Source: a virus (taxonomy: Duplodnaviria; Caudoviricetes). From it: DNA of 26,715 nt. The stretch lies in IMG/VR virus record IMGVR_UViG_3300020042_004077, positions 1-26,715 of that record; one strand, given 5' to 3'. The position numbers and the translations under genes were made by a program. This document shows, piece by piece, positions 9,096 to 17,712 of the stretch. The stretch's first letter is position 1; each line of letters opens with the position of its first letter. The notes under the pieces are model-generated. The model saw nothing but the letters and a program-made list of their open reading frames with translations, was not told the DNA's origin and did not search any database.

Positions 9096-9941
9096 TTATT
9101 TCTTAGTCCACTTTTTAATCACATCGGTAGCATCAGTTGCTTGAGCAGTGGGTTTCTTTGCCGACTCTCGTACCACTGGCTCAGGGGCTTCCACTTCCGG
9201 CGTTGCCTCTCCCTCTTGTGTAGCTTTCTTCTTGTACACGGTGAGTTTGATAGCTGACTCTGCTGATGGTGTCTTACCCTGTTTGCTGATGGTCTCGTAG
9301 TCATTGGGATCAACCGCGCCCGACGGGGAGAACAGCACTTTAGGGAACTGCACTTTCGTATCGAACTGTACTTTGGTGACCAGACGATTAAGGCTGATGT
9401 TGTTGCTTGCTACCATTGCGCCGTATGACTTGAAAGGCCATCTTCCGTTCTCTTCTTTACCAAAAGACGAAGCTGCGGGGATAACGAATTCCAATACGTC
9501 ACCACTCGGGTCTTGTGGGAGGACAACAGCCGTACGCCATGACAGCTTGCATTTCGCACCAACACCTGAATCGTTTGAACCCTTTGCGGAGTTGGGGCAG
9601 ACGTCGCAAGACGGAGCGCAGGGAGATTCAACATCAGCATCAGGCTTAACGGAGTCGTTAGACCAGCAAATGGGCGAAGCAACTTTTCCTTCTTCATACG
9701 TACCCTCGTAGCATTGACGCGACGCGCTATGCGCTGCACGAACAAAGATAATGTTCATGTGACGGTCTTCGATACTGCCAACTTCTTTACCACCTACCAT
9801 CTTGCGGAACACGCCGCCCTTGATCGACAAGCGCTTAGTTTGATTAAGACTGCCACCGGCCAACGCCGCTGTATCTTCATCGACGCCCGACTGAATGATC
9901 ATCGGGTTGTTTGCAAGAATCGTTGCGAGTTCTGTACTCAT
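9096..9941 (-). CDS. Conserved phage replication-module protein with Cys (Zn) cluster; possible ssDNA-binding/annealing protein
   Basis: CWSND…CDVCP…C motif, beta-rich core, flexible Glu/Ala/Pro-rich C-tail; lies between helicase and primase. Function is inferred. Confidence 0.55.
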   Translation of the reverse strand: MSTELATILANNPMIIQSGVDEDTAALAGGSLNQTKRLSIKGGVFRKMVGGKEVGSIEDRHMNIIFVRAAHSASRQCYEGTYEEGKVASPICWSNDSVKPDADVESPCAPSCDVCPNSAKGSNDSGVGAKCKLSWRTAVVLPQDPSGDVLEFVIPAASSFGKEENGRWPFKSYGAMVASNNISLNRLVTKVQFDTKVQFPKVLFSPSGAVDPNDYETISKQGKTPSAESAIKLTVYKKKATQEGEATPEVEAPEPVVRESAKKPTAQATDATDVIKKWTKK

Positions 9942-9950
9942 GATTTTTCC

Positions 9951-10355
9951 TTAACTTAATTTGACTGTGGGCTTACGTACTGTGACGGTAAATTCACGCA
10001 TCACATTCACACCGGGCGGTAAACCTTCATGATGCCGCTCAGAAATGAATTCTTTAAAATTACCTTGGTGTAACCGTGACTCGAACAACTCAACAGCGCC
10101 ATGCTCAAGCACGAACTTGTTGAAGCCGTCACGGTCTGAACAGGTGAACCTTTCTTTTAGGGTTTTAATTACGGTGCCGTGAGAGGTCTTGATACTGTCT
10201 GCCTTGATCTCATTACACCCCGCTAACATCGCTTGTTCAAGAACCACCATCTCGGACTTCAATTCAAGATCGCGTTCTTTAAATTCTGCCTCTATCCTGT
10301 CACGCTCGTTTCGAATAGTCAAGTAGGCTTCTACTAATTCGTTCATATCTTTCAT
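9951..10355 (-). CDS. Hypothetical phage protein, N-terminal coiled coil
   Basis: 134-aa ORF tightly packed in the operon. Confidence 0.75.
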   Translation of the reverse strand: MKDMNELVEAYLTIRNERDRIEAEFKERDLELKSEMVVLEQAMLAGCNEIKADSIKTSHGTVIKTLKERFTCSDRDGFNKFVLEHGAVELFESRLHQGNFKEFISERHHEGLPPGVNVMREFTVTVRKPTVKLS

Positions 10356-10359
10356 AGCT

Positions 10360-11940
10360 TTACCCTATTCCCAATTCAGATTTATAAAGATCAATCAGTT
10401 GTTCATGCGAATCAACTTTCCCTTGCAGCAACTTGTACATCCGCTTCTCTACGTCTGACCCCTGTAAGTGAACTACTGTCATACGATTCTTCTGACCCAC
10501 GCGATCAATACGGGCGACGCACTGTAGATAAGTTTCTACACTCATAACAGGAGACCAGAAGACGATGGTGTCGGCAGCGGTTAGTGTGACGCCGTGTGAT
10601 GCTGCTTGAGGCTGGATGACCAGCACTCGCGGTGTCGGCGTTGTTTGAAACTTATTAACGATCTGCCCCCGCGCCGCAGCAGATACCGCTCCGTTAATAA
10701 TCTCGTTGGTGACGCCATTGTCACGCAAGTGCCGTGAAACAAGATCGATAGTGTGAGTGAACGGCACGAACACGATGACCTTGTTCTCGGTCTCGTCTAG
10801 TACTTCATCCAACGCTTTCAGACGTGGGGCTATGTCGAACTCAACCACCTCTTTGTCGTCGGAATACACCGCGCCGCCTGAAATCTGCAAGAGCTTACTG
10901 AGCCGCGCCGCTGCGTTTACTGCACTTATCTGCTCCCCTGCGGCTTCCACCAGCATGTCGTCGCGAATGCGGTTGTAGTACTTGTGTGCCTGTGGGGTCA
11001 GCGGTACATCTCTTGTCTGATACAGAACCTCCGGCAAATCTAGGCAGTCTGCCTTGGAGAACCTGATCGCTGGCTGCAACGCTCTGAACACCTCGGACTT
11101 CGACGTAGGCTTGGGCACCCACTTGAACCGTGTGACTTGGTTCATGACTCTATCCCGCCACGCTGTAGCGTACTTGGGGACTCTGTCTGGCGAGACCAAA
11201 CGCGCTAAGCCGAACGCATCAAGCGGAGACTGCGATGCCGGTGTGCCAGTCAGCATCCATAGGCGGGTGTGGGGCTGGATTAGTTTCGCCAACATCTTCC
11301 AGCGCACGGTACTTGTAGACTTGTAGGCGTTAGCCTCGTCCACTACGATCAGGTCGAACTTGCCGGACTTGATGTCGTCAAAAAGAATACCTACACCATC
11401 GTAATTCGTAACGATAAAGTCGTACTCACCGTTAACGATCTTCTTACGCTTGGCCGCTGGCCCGTAGGCTACGCCCACGCTTCGGTGCATAGCTGTCTTG
11501 AATACATCGGCTTGCCATGCTGAATACATAATTGTCAGAGGGCAGATCACTAGCACCCGCTTAACAATACCCTGCGACATCAAGTAGTCAGCCGCCCAGA
11601 TAACGGAAGAAGTCTTGCCCGTACCCGCCTCGTTGAAACAGAACGCGCGTTGTCTAGTCGAGAGGAACTCGGCAGTTGTGCGCTGATGGTCAAACGGTGT
11701 AAACAGACCGGGGTAGTTGTAGTCACGCGACATCGGTGAAGGCACGTTAGATATGCCCATTGTCTGCGTCAGGAAGGTAGATTCCTTGAGACCCCAGTAG
11801 GTAAGCAGTGTGGTCTCGGTGTCGCCTCGGTTTAGTATCTCGCACTTCTCGATGTAGTTTAGAAGTGTATCAGCCAAAGCGTTTGGAACTTTATACTTGA
11901 GGGCGGCGTCATCCACCACTGTAAACTTAATATCACTCAA
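10360..11940 (-). CDS. SNF2-family (SF2) helicase/translocase
   Basis: EAGTGKT (motif I), VVDEAN (II), LTGTP (III), HGVTLTAA (V), QCVARIDRVGQ (VI); TTG start with GAGG RBS. Confidence 0.92.
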   Translation of the reverse strand: MSDIKFTVVDDAALKYKVPNALADTLLNYIEKCEILNRGDTETTLLTYWGLKESTFLTQTMGISNVPSPMSRDYNYPGLFTPFDHQRTTAEFLSTRQRAFCFNEAGTGKTSSVIWAADYLMSQGIVKRVLVICPLTIMYSAWQADVFKTAMHRSVGVAYGPAAKRKKIVNGEYDFIVTNYDGVGILFDDIKSGKFDLIVVDEANAYKSTSTVRWKMLAKLIQPHTRLWMLTGTPASQSPLDAFGLARLVSPDRVPKYATAWRDRVMNQVTRFKWVPKPTSKSEVFRALQPAIRFSKADCLDLPEVLYQTRDVPLTPQAHKYYNRIRDDMLVEAAGEQISAVNAAARLSKLLQISGGAVYSDDKEVVEFDIAPRLKALDEVLDETENKVIVFVPFTHTIDLVSRHLRDNGVTNEIINGAVSAAARGQIVNKFQTTPTPRVLVIQPQAASHGVTLTAADTIVFWSPVMSVETYLQCVARIDRVGQKNRMTVVHLQGSDVEKRMYKLLQGKVDSHEQLIDLYKSELGIG

Positions 11941-11962
11941 TTTTGCCTCACTGTAAACTTAA
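11917..11962. repeat. 14-bp exact direct repeat flanking the helicase RBS/start
   Basis: cactgtaaacttaa at 11917-11930 and 11949-11962. Confidence 0.85.
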
Positions 11963-11963
11963 C

Positions 11964-12296
11964 GTGACCCCTTGCGGGGGTTAGTCGGTTATATCCGTGT
12001 CAAGGAGTACTGCAAGAAAGGGTAGACACTAAATAACTGATGCGGTTAATGGGGGGAAAACCCTTGCGGAAAAAACCCCCGCCCACTCACACCTTACGGC
12101 TAGATACCAACAAGTTTGAAGACTGCGTTTCCCCGTCTTCCTACCGTAGTAATCCGGATTCCTACGGCTTTCCGGTTCTGGGTTAGTCCGCTTTACGTTA
12201 TCACGTCCGGCAGTCTTCAAACTTGTTGGTGGGGGGAGTATTTCCAGCGAAGAGTGAACTGACCAAAGCTCTTTCATCGCCTTCCACTGTCCCCCC
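11964..12296 (-). ncRNA. Candidate ~330-nt structured intergenic RNA or cruciform-forming regulatory/origin region
   Basis: 21-bp perfect inverted repeat 12106-12126/12210-12230; GNRA-capped hairpins on the - strand (CCCC-GCAA-GGGG ~11968-11979, CC-GCAA-GG ~12062-12069, GCC-GUAA-GGU 12091-12100); GGGGGGA/UCCCCCC stem followed by ACCA. Confidence 0.5.
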
Positions 12297-12303
12297 GTAG
12301 GCT

Positions 12304-12615
12304 TTACTTCTTTCTTTCGCGCTTGCTTGTCTCTGACACTAACGCACCAGAGGCTGCTCGTTTGAAAGAACGATTCGCGGACGCTGACTGTACCATCACT
12401 CCGTCTTTATTGCTACCGCCTTTTGACAAAGCTTTCTTGTGCGCGATGTCTTTGCCCTCACGCTTGTCAGCTTTACCGTTGCCGTTAGCATCCGTTCCCT
12501 TCTTGTCCATCGCTCGACGCGCGCGTTGACGCTCCATGCGGTCAGGGTGTTCACCCCGCGCCTTCTCCTGTTGGTATTCTTTGGCATACGGCCTTGGTTT
12601 ATTTACGTATGGCAT
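12304..12615 (-). CDS. Small HNH-like endonuclease-fold protein (start MPYVNKP, 103 aa)
   Basis: DIAHKKALSKGGSN…SANRS (H-N-N pattern); GGGGAGA RBS before ATG at 12615, so the track's longer start is unlikely. Confidence 0.7.
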   Translation of the reverse strand: MPYVNKPRPYAKEYQQEKARGEHPDRMERQRARRAMDKKGTDANGNGKADKREGKDIAHKKALSKGGSNKDGVMVQSASANRSFKRAASGALVSETSKRERKK

Positions 12616-12616
12616 C

Positions 12617-12871
12617 TTATTCAATCTCCCCAAAGAAAGGCGGTGTTGGTCGAACGGCTTGCCAGCGTTGAGTGTCAAGAAAATATAAATACAGAATATC
12701 GGGTTCACCATCTACGTAAACGTCAATACGTTTAATCTGATCATCAACACTTTCAAAGCATTTAATGGTGCTACGCATATCAGGAGAATTACCTTTAGGT
12801 AGGTATAAAGCCCCGCAACAGTTTTCTATATCAATTACGATTCTAGATACATTACACATTACGTTCCACAT
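12617..12871 (-). CDS. Hypothetical protein
   Basis: 84-aa ORF with GAGG RBS; fills the gap in the operon. Confidence 0.65.
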   Translation of the reverse strand: MWNVMCNVSRIVIDIENCCGALYLPKGNSPDMRSTIKCFESVDDQIKRIDVYVDGEPDILYLYFLDTQRWQAVRPTPPFFGEIE

Positions 12872-12874
12872 ATT

Positions 12875-13534
12875 TCACCTCGTCCTATGAAATTCACACG
12901 TCGTTACCGGACACCAGCCACACAGTGGCGTAGGATTCATCTGCCACATATCGTTCTCGTATGACACCTTCATGCGCTCGAGGTCGCCGTTGAAACTATT
13001 CCACAACGCCGGAATCTGCCCACGGTGATAGTCCTCTGTTATAAAGTTGTTGTGCATCACGAACATCAGCCCTGCCTTGACCTTCTCCACCTGCGGGAAG
13101 TGCGCGTAAGTCATCAACGCCATCAGCCTTAACTGCTTTACATCAGGGTATCGGTCACTGCCTGTCTTGTAGTCAACGATGAACGCTGTGTCACCGGAGA
13201 TGATCATCAAGTCAACGATACCTCTTACCCAATATTCTTTAGAATGAAAGTCGCACGGCGCTTTGTTCTCGTCTAGCGCCATTTGATATTCAGGAAACCG
13301 TTCACCATCGATCTCCAGAAGTGGGTCAACCAAGGGCGCAAACCTCTTGTAGTTCTGTGGTAACTCTGTTCCATCTTTCGCGTAGTTCTCCAACGCTTCA
13401 TGAACGCTAGTGCCGTAAAGCATTTGTTGTGTCGGTTTGACTTCATAGTTTTTGAGGACTTTGACTTCATGATATTGTTTTGGACAGTTTATATATTGTT
13501 TGAGACCTGAGAACGACCACTTGATTGGCTGCAT
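12875..13534 (-). CDS. PD-(D/E)xK exonuclease, Cas4/RecB-like
   Basis: WSFS…CP, GIVDL, IVDYKTG, C-terminal CGWCP…C (4-Cys Fe-S pattern). Confidence 0.88.
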   Translation of the reverse strand: MQPIKWSFSGLKQYINCPKQYHEVKVLKNYEVKPTQQMLYGTSVHEALENYAKDGTELPQNYKRFAPLVDPLLEIDGERFPEYQMALDENKAPCDFHSKEYWVRGIVDLMIISGDTAFIVDYKTGSDRYPDVKQLRLMALMTYAHFPQVEKVKAGLMFVMHNNFITEDYHRGQIPALWNSFNGDLERMKVSYENDMWQMNPTPLCGWCPVTTCEFHRTR

Positions 13535-13550
13535 GGGATACCTTTATTTG

Positions 13551-15431
13551 TTAACACTCTCCATAACTATGCCCCCATTTTGCCTCACATGCAACAGGTA
13601 AACCCTTAGCCCAAACCGGTGGGATGGACATCTTCTCAACGACGAATTCCATAGCCTCCTCACGCTCCGCTTCCGGTACAACAACCACCGCCGCATCATG
13701 CACAGTCAGGGCGACTCGATACCTTTCATTAATAGCAAGCATCTGTTCGCCTACGACAATCCTAGCCAACGCTTGCACCACGTTCTCAACCACCGTGCCG
13801 CCCCAGATACTGACCATACCCTTGCGGGATTTATATTTGTACCCAGACTTGGCTTCACTCGTGTCAAACCTCAGACCGGGGTAGCGGATCATCAACCCGT
13901 TGGGCAGGGATATGCCCTCGCCTGTTACCTGTAACACCTCATGCAGCCCCAGATAAAACGGGTCACTCTTGGCGTCCCAGTTGGCGAGTTCCATCAGCGC
14001 GTTGTCGCATTCCTTCCATAGCGAAATGATATTGTCGTTGACGCCCCGATAAAGATTAACTATGGCCTGACACTCATCGTCTGGCAGCGAAACACTGATC
14101 GGTTGTGCGGTTGCCAGCGTGTGCTGTAACTTTTTCCAGCCAGTGCCGTAGCCTAGTCCTAAGATGCAGGTCTTGCCTACGAACCGCTCCTCTGCGTCTT
14201 TCTTGGTTATGGTACGGCTGTATACTTTTGAAGCAAAGATTGAGTATACGTCGTCGCCATCGGCGAATTGCTTAACAACATCGTCTTGTCCTGCCAGCCA
14301 AGCCAGCACTCGTGCCTCGATTTGGGAGGAATCACAGTTAATGACCACATGGGAATCTGGTGGTAAGACTGCATTTTTGAGGGTTTTCTTTTTCTTATCT
14401 CGGCTTGGTAAGTTCTGGAAATTAACCTTGTCTGAACCAGACCATCGCCCAGTATGTGCACCGTAATATTTAAGGGGGATGGGCAGTAGTCCTCGATTTC
14501 GCTTTCCAGTGTCGATGAATCGTGTGATGCGAGACTCTTCCAGAGTTGATTTAGTTCCAAGTCTGACTGCACAGAGTTGTTGAACGAGTGGATTTTCGTG
14601 TTCCGAGAGTGAAATAAAACCTTCGTCGTTTTTTGCCAGAGCAAATGTCTCTTTTCCGGTGACGGGTGAGATTTTGAGAGGCGGTTTAACAGGTGGGTCA
14701 AGTCCTTCAAGGAGTGCAGCGAATTGCTTATTGCTTGCCAGCTTTTTACGAACAGCTTCTTCATCTTCGCACTCCAGTTTTACCTTCAACGTCGCCAATA
14801 ACTCTTTCTTCTCTTTCTTCAAGTCTTCTAAGCGTTGCACCAGCAACGCATCATCCACCTGAAACACGGGGTCAATGAACATGCGCAACGTCATATCAAC
14901 AAGTTTTATCTCATCACCGGGGAAGTACGGAGCCATCAAGTGGAACAGCTTGTAGGTGAGTTCTACGTCATTCTTACAATACTCACCGTACCGAGCCAAC
15001 TCAACCGGGGTAAAGTCTGCCCGACGCTTGCCCAGAGCATTGTTTACCTCATCGCCTTTCGCACCGATCTTGTAACGCTCAGCCAACGCGCCAAGACTGC
15101 CACCTGCGTCCACACCATGAAGCGCACGAGCCATGCACAGTGTGTCTAAATAAAAAGCGGGGTGGATACCGAATCGCCAAGCAAGTATCGCCCCGTCGAA
15201 AAGGGTGTTGTGACAGAGCAGGGCGGCGTCCGACCAGTCTGTCAATTCCGTCAAGTGTTTCTTTAACTCTTCATGGGTACCTGAAACCCAGTACGCCGGT
15301 GCGTCATCGATCTTGATGCCGACACCGATCTCCTCGAACTGCTTGTCGCGGATGTATTCCTCAGTGGTCAGGTTCTTAAAACCAAACCCTGTGGCGTAGT
15401 AGGTTTCCCAGTCAAGGGTGACTAGACTCAT
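13551..15431 (-). CDS. polA: DNA polymerase family A with 3'-5' exonuclease
   Basis: ExoI DWET, ExoII HNTLFD, ExoIII YCKND; TGRWS, QNLP; motif A DSSQIEAR; motif B R…KTCILGLGYG; motif C VHDA. Confidence 0.95.
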   Translation of the reverse strand: MSLVTLDWETYYATGFGFKNLTTEEYIRDKQFEEIGVGIKIDDAPAYWVSGTHEELKKHLTELTDWSDAALLCHNTLFDGAILAWRFGIHPAFYLDTLCMARALHGVDAGGSLGALAERYKIGAKGDEVNNALGKRRADFTPVELARYGEYCKNDVELTYKLFHLMAPYFPGDEIKLVDMTLRMFIDPVFQVDDALLVQRLEDLKKEKKELLATLKVKLECEDEEAVRKKLASNKQFAALLEGLDPPVKPPLKISPVTGKETFALAKNDEGFISLSEHENPLVQQLCAVRLGTKSTLEESRITRFIDTGKRNRGLLPIPLKYYGAHTGRWSGSDKVNFQNLPSRDKKKKTLKNAVLPPDSHVVINCDSSQIEARVLAWLAGQDDVVKQFADGDDVYSIFASKVYSRTITKKDAEERFVGKTCILGLGYGTGWKKLQHTLATAQPISVSLPDDECQAIVNLYRGVNDNIISLWKECDNALMELANWDAKSDPFYLGLHEVLQVTGEGISLPNGLMIRYPGLRFDTSEAKSGYKYKSRKGMVSIWGGTVVENVVQALARIVVGEQMLAINERYRVALTVHDAAVVVVPEAEREEAMEFVVEKMSIPPVWAKGLPVACEAKWGHSYGEC

Positions 15432-15579
15432 TGGTTTCTTTCTTAGTGTATGGACTAAAACTCTTCTTCTCTTGGCATAGTTTGCACTGCCACCGGATAA
15501 TCTTTCCAGACTTCTTCATGATGCCGCCCTCTTTGGGTCGGGTCACCTGACAGCCTGTACAAAACTTTGTGTCGTTCAT
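15412..15579 (-). CDS. 55-aa zinc-ribbon protein (not in the ORF track)
   Basis: MNDTKFCTGC…RWQCKLC… (2x CxxC); ATGA overlap with the upstream stop. Confidence 0.65.
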   Translation of the reverse strand: MNDTKFCTGCQVTRPKEGGIMKKSGKIIRWQCKLCQEKKSFSPYTKKETNESSHP

Positions 15580-15971
15580 CGTGTTAGCCGTTCTTGAATT
15601 ATTTTAGCGAAGTCTTCAGGCAAACTGCCCTTCATCTCTGTTGCTTCTGCCCAGTAAGCTTCAATCCGTTCAGAACTCATTGGGTGTTTAACGCGACGCA
15701 AAACTCTTATAGCCGCTTGCACTGCCCAGAGATATTCGCTGCTGACGGTCTTTATGTCGCCGACTAACATTGCGTCTGTATAGACTTGAAGTTTGCGAAT
15801 AAAATCTTCGTCTACATCCTCGGGGTAATACGGGCTATTTAGCGCCCCCGCGCCACCGTGTGCAAATAATCTTGAGGAAGTTGTAATAGTACCTGCATCT
15901 ACATTGATGTTATAGGGGGATGAACCAATAGCATTAGCTACGTTCTGATACAACCTTGGATCAACCGCCAT
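15576..15971 (-). CDS. Hypothetical protein
   Basis: 131-aa ORF, AAGGGG RBS, tight packing. Confidence 0.7.
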   Translation of the reverse strand: MAVDPRLYQNVANAIGSSPYNINVDAGTITTSSRLFAHGGAGALNSPYYPEDVDEDFIRKLQVYTDAMLVGDIKTVSSEYLWAVQAAIRVLRRVKHPMSSERIEAYWAEATEMKGSLPEDFAKIIQERLTR

Positions 15972-15973
15972 TT

Positions 15974-16183
15974 TTATTTCCCCTTCGCAAGTGCGCCCAA
16001 GCGCGTCGGTGTACCTACACCCATCAGCATATCCGCCACCTCTGCTGCTTCCTCGTCGGTCATGTTATTTAGATCAATGGTTCTGCCGTCGACTGTCGTT
16101 ACCGCTTCGATGCTGCCCATGACCGCCTTGTTCTTCTCAAGGAAGTCGATAATGCTCTGTCGTGCTGTACGTATTTCACTCAT
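15974..16183 (-). CDS. Hypothetical protein
   Basis: 69-aa ORF overlapping the upstream stop. Confidence 0.65.
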   Translation of the reverse strand: MSEIRTARQSIIDFLEKNKAVMGSIEAVTTVDGRTIDLNNMTDEEAAEVADMLMGVGTPTRLGALAKGK

Positions 16184-16388
16184 TTGGAATCCCCTTTGCT
16201 TTCATCATGGCGTCGGCAATTTTGTATGCGCGCATGGCCCCGTTGTAGTCATTTTCATCTGCGCTCTTGCCGTTTATAAATCCTTTATTAGCTATCATCC
16301 CCTGCATAGCCTTCGCTGCAAAGTAATCGCGTAAGTCCATGCCTAGTTGATTTAGTCCGGTCATGTTTGATACTGGAAATGCTTTCAT
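16176..16388 (-). CDS. Small phage protein of the common 'LRDYFAAKAMQG…AYxIADAM' family
   Basis: Recognisable motif; GGGAG RBS. Confidence 0.8.
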   Translation of the reverse strand: MKAFPVSNMTGLNQLGMDLRDYFAAKAMQGMIANKGFINGKSADENDYNGAMRAYKIADAMMKAKGIPNE

Positions 16389-16390
16389 CT

Positions 16391-16576
16391 TTAGCTCCCT
16401 ACTCGTTGGTCTGGTGGTAATGTGGATTGATAATCATCCCAAGATTCTTCTAATAGCATTGCCGCTTTCATCAGCATATGAACTAATGCCTCATGCCTGT
16501 CTTCGTCCAACCCTTCGGCGTACCCGCGCAACCTGTATGCCATCGTGTAACACTGTAATTTCTTTGCGTCGATCAT
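16391..16576 (-). CDS. Hypothetical protein
   Basis: 61 aa, GGAGG RBS, ATGA overlap. Confidence 0.65.
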   Translation of the reverse strand: MIDAKKLQCYTMAYRLRGYAEGLDEDRHEALVHMLMKAAMLLEESWDDYQSTLPPDQRVGS

Positions 16577-16803
16577 TTATCCTCCACTTTTATCAAATCC
16601 ACATACTTTCCGTCTTTATGAACAAACCGCACTCCGATAAGATTCTCTTCACCATCGTAGTAGCAGCAGAGTATGTCGTTATCAACCCACGGCGCTTTGC
16701 AATGTAGCGTAGCCGCTTTCTTTTCGGGCATCGCGTAACTAACCGTCCACTGAATTCGCGGGTGCGGTACTCGCTGGTAGTCGTAGAGTTTGATGTCAGG
16801 CAT
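16573..16803 (-). CDS. Hypothetical protein
   Basis: 76 aa, AGGAG RBS. Confidence 0.65.
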   Translation of the reverse strand: MPDIKLYDYQRVPHPRIQWTVSYAMPEKKAATLHCKAPWVDNDILCCYYDGEENLIGVRFVHKDGKYVDLIKVEDK

Positions 16804-17449
16804 TATTCTTCTCCTTTAACTTGGCTTCGATGTGCTTAACAATGTCTGCTGGCGGATTCCAGCCATGCTTCTCCTCTTCATCATCAAGCCATATTTCAAA
16901 CTCACGAATTTCCTCATCCGTCAGCCCTTGCCATTCTTTCTTTGATAGCCATTTCTTTGGCGCTCCACGAAATACTGGCTCTCTATTTTCCAATACAGCA
17001 AGCATAACTTCCATGCCGTTATACATACCGTGAAAGTATGGGTCGTAGTTCCATGTACCATCACGCCCTTGAACCTCAAGCAGTTCTTTCAATTTAACTA
17101 CAAGCTTCTGCTCTGGCTGCGTCTTTGGACACTGCTTACAATATCCGCCAATACCACACTGTCCACCGTCACATTGCGCTGGTTCTGGCTGCGATAGTCG
17201 AGCTTCGAGTTCTTCAATACGCTTCGCCATGCGCTGTTGCTCCTCATCCGTCAGCCCTTGCCAGATTCGTTGTGGTGAGGCATGGGCGGTATACAGGGCA
17301 ATCGGCTTGTATGTACTTGGTGGCTTCTTCCATCTAAAGTATTTATGGCCTACTGCGTTTTCGCACAAGTACGCCACCGGCTCCTGCTCCGGTGGTGAGC
17401 AGGTATGTATCTCAGCAGGGTTCTTTTCGCCGCATCGTTCGCATTTCAT
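16796..17449 (-). CDS. Mosaic accessory protein (QEPVA / WQGLTDEE / IEAKLKEKN modules)
   Basis: Two WQGLTDEE copies encoded by an exact 23-bp repeat (16911-16933, 17241-17263); Cys clusters. Confidence 0.75.
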   Translation of the reverse strand: MKCERCGEKNPAEIHTCSPPEQEPVAYLCENAVGHKYFRWKKPPSTYKPIALYTAHASPQRIWQGLTDEEQQRMAKRIEELEARLSQPEPAQCDGGQCGIGGYCKQCPKTQPEQKLVVKLKELLEVQGRDGTWNYDPYFHGMYNGMEVMLAVLENREPVFRGAPKKWLSKKEWQGLTDEEIREFEIWLDDEEEKHGWNPPADIVKHIEAKLKEKNNA

Positions 17450-17712
17450 TTCAAAAACTCCTTCACTTGTTCGTACACACCGTTACGCGCTGTGTTATCG
17501 GACTCAAACTTAGTCCACCCTGCATAGCGCATCTCGTTCTCGCAACGCTCAAGCAGTTCAATCATCCGTTGCACCTGCGTCTCTGTGTACAAGCCCTCAT
17601 CATCCGGTTCAGGCTTCAGTCCAAGGTTAGTCTGCCAGTCATCTTTGCCGTGTTGTGCTACGGCTTTCATATACGACAACTCGCGTATTTTTATCCACGC
17701 TACAGGTTTCAT
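17446..17712 (-). CDS. Hypothetical protein (KPVAW-type), start MKPVAW
   Basis: ATGA overlap with the upstream stop at 17709-17712. Confidence 0.65.
   Translation of the reverse strand: MKPVAWIKIRELSYMKAVAQHGKDDWQTNLGLKPEPDDEGLYTETQVQRMIELLERCENEMRYAGWTKFESDNTARNGVYEQVKEFLK

Noticed and set aside
11988-12015. Promoter for the helicase (TTGCAG-16-TATAAC, or TTGACA)
   Set aside because: The perfect TTGACA has no -10 at 16-18 nt, and the alternative pair is too weak to call
12106-12230. Retron msr/msd (a1/a2 repeats) or HEARO/omegaRNA-IscB system
   Set aside because: No reverse transcriptase in the window; the HNH-like ORF is only 103 aa and has no RuvC or PLMP motifs
12029-12277. 82-aa ORF from the track
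   Set aside because: Runs across G/C homopolymer hairpins and the inverted repeat, with no protein-like motif; better explained as non-coding structure
12227-12296. Canonical tRNA gene
   Set aside because: Acceptor-like stem and CCA are present, but there is no TTCRA T-loop, D-arm or 7-nt anticodon loop; kept only as tRNA-like
13551-15431. Intein or intron in polA
   Set aside because: Motifs are contiguous in a compact 626-aa ORF with no insertion or splice motifs
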